A stretch of 64,000 nt of DNA from Basidiobolus meristosporus CBS 931.73 (lineage: Eukaryota > Fungi > Basidiobolomycota). Under the pieces are notes generated by a model. It saw only the letters and a list, made by a program, of their open reading frames with translations, ran no database searches and was not told the DNA's origin. Shown one piece after another: positions 54,584 to 64,000 of this stretch. Position 1 is the first letter of the stretch; every line of letters begins with the position of its first letter. The stretch spans positions 62,001-126,000 of the forward strand of contig MCFE01000081.1 in NCBI GenBank assembly GCA_002104905.1, written 5' to 3'. The translations under genes were made by a program, and so were the position numbers.

Positions 54584-56923
54584 ATGCCAGTGACACCACC
54601 CACACTGTTGATAACGGAACCAGACGAGGGTGAGCTTCTATCCGCCAAGAATGACCTACAGGTATATTTCTTGGCACTAGGAACTGGTGTCTTGCATAGG
54701 TTAACGTACGCAATATGTAGTTTCTGAACCCGACTGCAGACCGAATCAACGAATCCTTTACGCTATTGAAAAACGATATGTTCCTCGACAAGCCTACACC
54801 CGGGTTGAGGACCGAGCAAGAGGCGGATATCCTTGCGCGGCGATTGTTCTTGGATGACAAGGATTTATTCAGCAAAGAGGAGGCGGCCCAATTCCTCGGG
54901 AAACGGTAGCGCATCAGTTATCCTTCCACGACGCATAAGTCATTGCTAACCCACGCCCCAGCGGGGAGCTTAATATGCTAACGTTAGAGAAATACCTGGA
55001 TCATTTCGATTTCTCCAAAATGCGGCTGGAGGATGGCTTTCGGTATTGTATAGGATGTTGGTCCCGATGAACCGGAGCTGTTGCTGATCCCATTTTTGTC
55101 CTAGCCGCTTTTGCTCGAAGCTGTTTCTGAAGGGAGAATCACAGACTATTGACCGGATTCTAAATCAGTTCGCACGTAGGTACTGGGAGTGCAATCGGGA
55201 CGGGGCTTTTCCTAATCAGGGTAGGTTTCCATGAATCCAACTCCCTCGAACACTGATTGATGCTTGTTTGCGCTAGACACTGTGTACACCATCGTGTATT
55301 CACTACTGCTGCTCAACACCGATCTCCACGGGTCCCACATCACGAGGAAAATGTCAAAGCAGGATTTCATCAAGAATACCTTGGCCAGTGTGCAGACGTG
55401 CGCTCCAGACGAGGATCATCCGAGTTTGAGCGGAGAGGAGCTCACCACGCTACTAAAAGAGATGTACTCTTCTGTCAAACATAACCAAATCCCCCAACCC
55501 TTTGAGGGGAAATCAAGGCGTAGATCATGCTCTGAGAGTGGCATCGGGTTAACCAGATCCCAGTCGGCACATACCTTGAGGAAAGTTAGGAGTAAATTAA
55601 CCACAAAGCCTTCAACCTCGAGTTTCTTTCGATACGACAGCCGAAGCGCTTTTTACACTGAGGGGAAGAATCCCCGATCGATACACCGATTGCCATTTGG
55701 CTCGGCTATAGCATCCTTGGGTGAAGAGGCCGGGGGTTATTCGAAATCCGGGATCTTGGCGCGTAAACATCTCAATGAGAGGACCGGGAAAAAGGCGCAG
55801 CATCGCCAGTGGAAGAATTGCTTCGTAGCGTTGGATCGAGGTGACCTGAAGATGTTCAAAGCCGGAAAGGGCCATCATGGGGGTGATGGCAGTGAGCTCA
55901 TGGTATTTTCGTTGGCATCTCTTTGGGGAGTTTGACAAATCGCTTAAACCGATTCTTAGGATCTCACCATGCAGTTGGGGCATATCTCACTTCGACACAG
56001 CCTGACCATTGCGCTTCCGCCTCCTGGCTATTCCAAGTGCCGACCCCACGTTTTCGCGGTTCAACTTCCCAACGGTGGAGTCTTTCTGTTTCAGACGGAG
56101 TCCCACGAACAAGTGCAAGAGTGGGTCAACACTTGTAATTACTGGGCGGCCAGGGAATCAAAAGAGCCGATGCCTGGTGCGGTATGCAATATTGACTATG
56201 GCTGGAAGAATCATTTTGAGCCGAAGAGTAAGCTCGCGGTAGAAATTCGTCTACCGGCTGGCTACGACGATCATACTTATATCAAGGAGTGGAGTCAGCC
56301 CAACAACCCTATGCTGCGGTCGAATTTAAGCGAAGTAAGCCATAATCATGCACCCCTTCCTTGACAACTCTGCTCACCTCCATTTATACAGAATGCTCAG
56401 CTTAAATCTCTCATCCAGTATAACGACTTCCTGGATAAAGAACTGGCTAATCACATGGAGCTGAGAAGCGTGATATTTGAACGGGTATGTGGCTGCTGCC
56501 TGGCATTGATTGGCCTTCCTAACACCTCTCCTTTCCTCAACCAAGTTTTCTCCCAAATCCTCGAATATGAGCCGCGCATTCTCGAATTGGGAACGCAAGT
56601 CACAATACTTGTTACGTGAATTGATCAAATACCAAACATATGCCGATTCCCTCAAACAGGCTCTACCGGACTTTGATCACGATCTAAGCTTCAATGACTC
56701 GCCCAAGATGGAAGCATTTTCAGAAAGTCCTCTACAGCATTCCTTATCAGCCGTGCCGTTGTTCAATCTTACCAATGATAACATCGACGATCCAGCTCAG
56801 TTCGACGCAATCCATTGGGCTGGCCCCATTGAAGCGCCAGTGAAAACCACCGAGCTGGAGCCCGATGATGAGAGCATCTACGAACTATGCAGAGAGCACT
56901 TGAGCTCGACGGAGTCCGACTGA
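54584..56923 (+). CDS. Sec7-PH domain Arf guanine-nucleotide exchange factor (EFA6/Yel1/Syt1 type), multi-exon
   Basis: LFLKGESQTIDRILNQFARRYWECN, VYTIVYSLLLLNTDLH, PH domain (GILARKH..WKNCFV; LRHSLTIALPPPGYSKCRPHVFAVQLPNG; WVNTCNYWAARESKEP). Confidence 0.92.
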
Positions 56924-57585
56924 ATCCTGGGACTGGCATTTCACAAGACCACTTCTCCCACATAGATTAATGCTTTGGCGCATATTGCTCGCATTTCACT
57001 CCCTTAATCTCATCCACCGGTATCGAACGAACCTCCAATATAGAGCTGATCAGTATTGAGCAAACCTCAAGTGTAGAGCTTAGATGGCCAATGTTTTTTG
57101 TGTATGGTGGGCTCAAGTCTAGAGCCAGTCAGGAAACTTCATCCATCGAGCTTGATCAATGGAATTCCCATAAGTTGGCCGAAAATCATTTAGGCTCGAT
57201 CAAGTGAGAGGGGAATTCCTTACCTAATGAGAATATTTGATTCGCTTGGTGTAAATCCGGCCCCATCACATCACCCATTAGGGGACCGGAACAGGTACAA
57301 GCGCAGAGCAAGCTTTCCAATGGATCTGGATCGAAACATGGGATTGAAACAGTTGTTTATTTCTTATCCATCTCCTCCAGGTTGGAAACAGTGTCACCAG
57401 TTGACGAAACAGTAGACAGAGTGTGCGAAGGGTGGGGTTTGCTATCACTTAAATAGGGGGAGGTGGGGTGTGTGTGACATTGGATGGGTGATGAATACGA
57501 GTGGGTGGTGATGGAGATGGTGTGTATGTGAAAGTGAGCGTGCCAGGGTAGTTGAGGGTGTAGAAATGAATGTGGCCTCATGTAT

Positions 57586-59154
57586 CTAAACGTTGGTTGG
57601 ATTTGGTTGATTCCCCTTCTCCTTGCGCTTTCGGTTGGCTTCTTGTGCCCAACTCTGCATGTCTACCTCGGTGGTTTCGTATTTCTGAAGCCAGGGGTGT
57701 GCCTATTCAGCAAAGTCAGAAAAGGAACGCCTGGAGGCTGTCTATTGGGCAAGATGCTTACCAACAACTCCGAGTAATTTGGCCTCATCTTGGGATTCTT
57801 GATCAGGCTAGAGGGATGGGATAGGTAAGCGACAAATGCCAGGTTAGTTCCAAATGACTTGCTACCAACTAACCACTGAGCAACAAAGTGTCTGCAATCC
57901 TCCGAAAACCTATCTTCGGGAAGTGGTAATGGGTTCCCAGCAACGATCGCTCTGATTTGAGCGAATGGCGAGTCGAAGGTTTCCGACGGATAGGGATATC
58001 TTCCAAGTGCCAACTCAAGGATAGAAAGGCCAAGTGACCACACATCTGACTGGACCGTGTAGGATTCGGCGGTACTAGAGGTGATTCTTTCGGGCTAATA
58101 TCGATGGTTACGAAGCAATCAGATGGTCTCGATCAAAAGGAACTACTTACTGCCATATAACTCTGACACCCAATGTGAGTTTTGGCTAGCGACTGGATCA
58201 GTTGTCCAGACACGCCAAAATCGCACAACTTCACTTGGCCTTTGGAATTGACCAGGACATTTGTAGGCTTGACATCTGGGAAGAAACCGGCTTGTTAGGC
58301 AGTGTCGAGAAACCCTTTGGAAATGCGCGAATACCTCTATGGATGATGGAAAGGTCGTCCTTCAAAAACTTCAGTCCTTTGATTATCTACGTCGCATACA
58401 CTTTAGTCAGCACTTCCCATGTCGAGGCAAACTTGCGAATGACTCTATACAAACCGATAAAGTGATTTTGGCAAGTACGTCCTCTGATACACCCTCGTGG
58501 TATAATTTATCCAACGAGCCACAATCCATATTCTCCATGCAATAGTACACACACGACTCTATAAAGAAAGCACCATAGAACTCTACGATATAAGGTGATT
58601 GTGATTTGTGCAAGACGTCCAACTCCATCAAGATTTGGTTCAGCTTCGCCTGGTCCAATTCAAGGCGGATTTCCTAATGAAATAAACGATGTACGTTAGT
58701 GCGGATCCGGGGGAAACTGCGAATATCGGACGGGAAATAGGCGTGTGACAGGAGACGCATCCGACAGATGTATGAGGCGTGGCTCAAACCTAACCTTCAT
58801 GGCCATGGTTACGTTGGTTGGCTTGTGGAAAACTCGTTGGACAACCCCATATTGTCCCTTGCCGAGTTCTTCCTCTAACACCAACTCGTCAATGTTGATT
58901 TTGTAGCTGTTTCCGTTGCTGAAATCGACACCTTGAGCGTGAAGAACTGCCTTGCCATTGAAATTAAGTTTACCAGAAGGATCACTAAGTGTTTTAGGGT
59001 TACGAGGGTTAGTTTGGAAAGAGGGGATCTGGTGAGCATGGTCTACTTACACGAATTTCGAGAAATTGGCGAATGGGGAAGGACCAGGTGGCAATGCGGG
59101 TAGGCCACCAAGTCCTTTGCCCATCATGCCTAGATTGAGCTTTGGGTGCTTCAT
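57586..59154 (-). CDS. PBS2: MAP kinase kinase of the HOG pathway, Pbs2/Wis1-like, multi-exon
   Basis: [84 protein letters not shown]; an additional upstream exon is not excluded. Confidence 0.9.
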
Positions 59155-60118
59155 TTTTATGGTTTTCTAACCGATAGAATATGGTTCGTAAAGACCGGGT
59201 TGAATTAGAAATCACTAAAAAACGCATCAGAGCCCTGAATTAGTGCACCGCATCAACCGGGTGGGGCGGAACAAGTGCTTACCAAACAAACTGGCTATCT
59301 AATCTCACAATGTACAGTTGCAAGAAGGAAGTGGATATGTCCAAAATCGGTTTTGTACAAGCGTTGAAACAGTCAGGAATAAGTGTAGAAGCTCAGTCAA
59401 ACAAATGGCGCTCGCTGAAGGTGGTGTGGACTAGTGAGCGCTGGATGGAATTGGATGAGGTAAGAGCAATTTACCAATAAGAGCCCGCGGACTCAATTAA
59501 GAAAGTTACCTTGAAAAGGCCCATCAATTTAGCGCACAGAAATCCATCGCAATTGAGGAAAAATACCCGCCTTTGGTGAACTAGGGGTAGACACAGGTAA
59601 GTTCGATGGGTAGTTTGGGTGAGTGGAAGGCGAACAAGTAAAACATAATCTTGGATGAAACGTTGGGTAGTGCAATCTTACGAATCCATATATTTAATTG
59701 AATTGGGAGATATTAGAAAAACCAAAACCGATTTGAAGTTAACCCATTTTAGCAAGCGATGTGTGGGTCACTTGTGGGAAAATCGGGCGTAATCAGCAAG
59801 GAATCCACCACTGTTCTATATCCCCCTAACTGGTAAAGACACCTCAGAAGCCCATTAGTAATATTAATCTATCCGGCCCTTCAGCAATAATAACCCATCC
59901 GACCCTCTAGTAACAATAATCCATCTACTGATCAATTAATGCGGATGATTCTTCCGAGAGGCTAAGCTAAGAAAACTTTGATTTTTAATTCGACAAGTTG
60001 AAAAGAATCTACAATGACGAGAACTCGACAACATCTATATCTCGATTGAAATGAAGTTATCAAACCAAACGCAAACCACACGTGTAGCTATGGAATGGCA
60101 ATGCTGAGGACAATATGC

Positions 60119-60338
60119 TTAGAAGAGCTTCTGAGCGTATTCGATGGCGAAAGGAACTAGGGTAAACAAACTGCGGTTAGAACCGTGGCCTAGATCTGGT
60201 CAATATTTCAAAAAGCATACCCAAGCGAATGGCGGCTACGAGAGTAACAAAGTTGGTGAAGTTGGACACGGTCTTCTTGCGGTTCATGGCCTTCTCTTCT
60301 TCAGAGACCTTAGGGGGTTGTGGTTGCATGCCGAACAT
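60119..60338 (-). CDS. TOM5: Mitochondrial outer-membrane translocase subunit Tom5 (52 aa, 2 exons)
   Basis: MFGMQPQPPKVSEEEKAMNRKKTVSNFTNFVTLVAAIRLVPFAIEYAQKLF; MFG..SEEEK N-terminus plus a single TM segment. Confidence 0.8.
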
Positions 60339-60645
60339 GGTGGAAGACTGCGGAGTTGAGAAAATGGACAAAGACAAATCTCCTTCCGAGTTGCGGTAAA
60401 AGGCTTAAATTTTCGTCTCCCCTCCGGGGTGCACCCCACTTTTTCGCATGATTCATCGAGTGGCCGCATTGGGTGATTTTTTTCTTTCCAAGCAAGTTGA
60501 CGCGAGTAAATAATCCTTAGAGAAGTTCAAGCCTATCGCATATCCACAAGAGTATTTATTCAGATACAACATTACGAGAAGGATTGCGTACATTTGACAA
60601 GTAGGAGAGGACAGGATGATTGATAAACATTAACTACACGCTAAT

Positions 60646-61072
60646 TTAGTTATCCTCAACAACCTCGGTTTGGAGTCCCTTGAAGGTGGTAACAGGGACA
60701 AAGGTAACGTAGGTGTAGAGCTTCTCCTTGGCATCTTCGTCATCATTACGTCTGCGAGCAAGACGAACACGAATACGGCGTTGGACGTTACGGATACCGT
60801 GGCTCCAAACTTGCTTGTTGACGGAGGGGTCCAGACGGACATCGACAGTGCCCATTTGCTTGGAGGCAAAAGCCTTGATGGCCTTGACAGCAGTGGGGGC
60901 CTTCTTCTTGAAGGAACTATTCAAATTGGTTAGAATCGAGCATGGTGGGTGTTGATGTTGTGGCAGTTGCTGCTTACCGGTCGTGAATAAGCTTGTGAAG
61001 ATGGATGGTGTACTCTCTGGTTACAACATCGGAGAGGGTAGAACGCTTGGTACCTTTTTGTTCCTTGGCCAT
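60646..61072 (-). CDS. RPL31: 60S ribosomal protein eL31
   Basis: [72 protein letters not shown]. Confidence 0.97.
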
Positions 61073-61400
61073 TGCTATTGTCGCGTAGGTGGGGGGTTAA
61101 TGAATGGATGCACAAACGTGATCAAAGATTCTGCAGACGTACCGAAAATAAACACTGGATGAACAGCGGAAGAGAGAGAGAACCAGGCAGGCTCTAGATG
61201 TCTTGTAATTGAGACGAATTCGATTCCGTATTTGGAAATGGCCTCGACACCGAGTCATCTTTTTCTTCCAGCAAGTTGATTAAACAGCACATAGAACAAA
61301 CAGCCTCGATTTCATTGCCTCAATGGAATGACAAAAATTTCCTTCGTACTTAAGGCAGCTAACCGGGAATCCACAATTCACCGCGAACACCGCTTTCGAG

Positions 61401-62282
61401 ATGAATCCCGACGAAGACACCGAATGGAATGATATCCTCCGTGCGAAGGGTATCCTCCCTCCCAAAAATGAAATCACTGAGGAGCAGATCCTGGATGCCT
61501 TGGATGAAGTGATCGCTGAAGCCAACTCCAAAAAGTTAGAGGACAAGGACTTGGATGAACTTGACGAGCTGGAGGATGAGGAGGATGAGAGGGTTTTGTT
61601 GGAATACCGGTCGGTACCCCCAGAGAAATGCGTATTTCCCCCGATTGTGTAGTAACCCAATCTCCTTAAAGCATGAAGAGGATGGCGGAGATGCAGGCCC
61701 AAGCAGAAAAAGATGTCTTCGGCGAGCTCAACCAAATCTCTGAGCAAGATTTCGTTAAAGAGGTCACGGAAGCCAGTAAAGAAGTTGCAGTGGTTGTGCA
61801 TCTCTTTAAGGACCAGTAAGTGGCCTCCTATCTTTGGAATGTACGCTAGCTAAGTGAGGCTCACATTCACCGTTAGGTATCCAGCCTGTCGTTTAATGAA
61901 TGCACATCTCGCTACGCTAGCGCAGAAATACAAGTCGACCAAATTCGTGAAGATCATATCGGATCATTGTATTCATGGCTATCCTGATCAAAACCTTCCT
62001 ACCCTTCTTATCTACGTCCAAGGAGATCTAAGAAAGCAACAGATCGGCTTGTTGGGCCTTGGTGGAATGAACATGAAGCCAGAGGGTAGGTCTTTCTTAC
62101 TGTGTGTCCGCTTTATGCAGGATCTTAACTTGAATGGTTAATTCCTAGATCTGGAGATACTGCTCCATGGTGCTGGTGCAATCGAGGGCTATGTCCCAAC
62201 CCGCTCTGCAGAGCCAAGTAAAAAGCAGTTCACCATATATAGTAATACAGCCTTGAGCGATGATGAGGATTCCGACTATTAA
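61401..62282 (+). CDS. PLP2: Phosducin-like protein 2 (PhLP2/PDCL3), CCT co-chaperone, multi-exon
   Basis: MNPDEDTEWNDILRAKGILPPK, VVVHLFKD, YKSTKFVKIISDHCIHGYPDQNLPTLLIY. Confidence 0.93.
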
Positions 62283-62522
62283 AAAGATCCCGAATCTTAA
62301 TCAATAAATCGATTTTTAATGTTATTCTATTGGCACAGAGCCCCAACCATTATTATCAAATCTCCCCAGGATATCCTAGCGAACAGTGTCCTACGATTTT
62401 ATGTGGGGCACATCAATTTTTTGAGGAACAAAGGTTGGGTCATAGTATCAAGTTAGTTCAGATAGATAGCTTGTTTAGCGCTGTTGTGTTTGCTTTAGTT
62501 TCTACCTAGAGAAGAAAGCAAT

Positions 62523-63234
62523 ATGTCCAGACAACTACTCAGATTTCGTAACGTTGGAAGTTTACTCACTCGTCAAAATGGCCCCATCAGTAGCGTAAAG
62601 AACACTCGTACATTGGCTTCTCAAAGTGATGCTCACCACGAACAGCATAACTTTCCTGTTGAAGGTTGGTATCCACTTTAGTGGGGAAATCTCGTTGACA
62701 ATATTTGTACCTATTGCGCTGGCGCCTTTGAAGTGATCTTGAAAGTAACACGCCATCGGTTATATAGATTTCTCCGGCGGTTTCTGGAAAGGTACTCTTC
62801 TTGTTATCGGTGGCATCTTTGCTTGGTCCAAGTTAGATGAGTCCCTTCTGAGCAAATCGGAGGTATTTTCTTTTTCCTGTCTGCACCCTGTTTCCTCGAA
62901 ATTCATTCGTGTTTCTTCAGCAACACCCTATCACTAAATTCATCGAGCGTTTCATGACTCCCGAGGAAGTGTGGAGAGACATCAACCAAAAGGAATTGAA
63001 ATTGGTTGCCGACTATGTTGAGGATAGCTTCCTTTTGAGAGAGGATGTTCGTCCTAAGTACCGTGCCCTACGCTATCCTGAGTACGTTATTATAAATGAA
63101 CCAGATACAACAAAAATGCCTGAAATTTAACCAACGTTGTTTATAGGATGTTCGAACGTGCTTCACCTCACTTCCTCGTTGCTGGTGAACAAGCTGACCT
63201 TTCAGACTTGGTTCTCAAGGGACACCGCTACTAA
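62523..63234 (+). CDS. Probable mitochondrial complex I accessory subunit, fungal 17.8-kDa (NURM)-like, 4 exons
   Basis: Presequence-like N-terminus, HHEQHNFPVEDF, one TM segment, HPITKFIERFMTPEEVW, RYPEMFERASPHFLVAGEQADLS. Confidence 0.6.
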
Positions 63235-63877
63235 ACAGCCTCCTTTCAAAACGCATGTTAATCCTTATTCAACTTTTTAACACTACCTTCCAATTTCCAT
63301 CTCACATAACTCATGCAAGTTGAGGTTATGTCGGTCAATAAAGACATTATAACTTTGACTAGTATTATTACCCTTGAAAGCAACAGACATCCATCGCCAA
63401 TAGCCGCTTGGCTTTAATCACGATTTTAATTAAGCATGGCTTAACTATTACGGAATCATTCAAGATAGAAATAGTCTGTTGGAGAATCAAGTGCCGCACA
63501 TCATGAAACATGTCCCCAGGCCATTTTAGAAAATACCCTAAAACACACAGGTTCAATCAATATTGGGTGTGCTCGAACTAATATAGCATGAATTTAACCT
63601 AAAGGAGGAGTGCCGTTTGTGCCCCGTCACATCAAGAGTTCGCTGACGTAGGGGAATTCCAAGATCATCGATCTGTCAAACCAACAATGAGCTCCTGGAA
63701 CCAGGGTTAGAGTGTAAAGATAGTATTATTTTATTATAAACGTTCAGGCATATACAACGATATACATCGACCAGATAGTGAAGCAAAATGGGAGTTCGGT
63801 AAACTAGCTTCGAGGCATTCCAGTAAAGTGATGCAGACGGGATTGTTGATTGTGGGAGGCTTGCAATGCGAAATGAC

Positions 63878-64000
63878 TTAGTTGTATTTGTTCTTTAGAG
63901 GAAGGGCAGGGCGGTCGTCTTCATCTTCTTGATCATTACTCAATGAAAGGGCATTGACTGCTTGATCAATGGGGAACTCTTCCAGAGTATCGAAGGTGGC
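63878..64000 (-). CDS. C-terminal 40 codons of an unidentified gene extending beyond the window
   Basis: Open frame ATFDTLEEFPIDQAVNALSLSNDQEDEDDRPALPLKNKYN* reaching the window edge. Confidence 0.55.
   Translation of the reverse strand, partial: ATFDTLEEFPIDQAVNALSLSNDQEDEDDRPALPLKNKYN

Noticed and set aside
53115-54727. Several short ORFs before the ArfGEF gene
   Set aside because: No motifs or splice-consistent structure; treated as intergenic
61280-61801. 173-aa minus-strand ORF with a Ser run
   Set aside because: Antisense shadow of the acidic PLP2 exon
36263-63234. Apparent cluster of mitochondrial genes (OMA1, MRPL35, TOM5, complex I subunit)
   Set aside because: Interspersed with unrelated genes over 27 kb; mitochondrial genes are common enough for chance co-occurrence

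Overview
Eukaryotic, intron-rich fungal DNA. An early-diverging lineage is likely (short GT-AG introns, MED23 present), but that is inference. Bases 1 to ~24,200 are a CpG-depleted block of nested, decayed transposons: Ty1/copia elements, a ~349-bp LTR family in many copies, and EnSpm/CMC-like DNA transposons with CCCTA termini. Several insertion junctions can be rebuilt with their target-site duplications. From ~24.2 kb the sequence is CpG-normal and gene-dense: Pcl5-like cyclin, IES2, a 4-finger C2H2 factor with a 1-nt frameshift, MED23, OMA1, VPS27, MRPL35, a Sec7-PH ArfGEF, PBS2, TOM5, RPL31, PLP2, a complex I 17.8-kDa-like subunit and the 3' end of one more gene. Between MRPL35 and the ArfGEF is an accessory island (43.3-54.3 kb). 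It holds a ~0.9-kb inverted repeat pair with a 314-bp perfectly identical, CpG-intact core, flanking an intact orphan two-repeat gene and a probable kinase pseudogene; this is the most unusual structure in the window. Gene models were spliced by eye, TE remnant boundaries are approximate, and no database searches were run.
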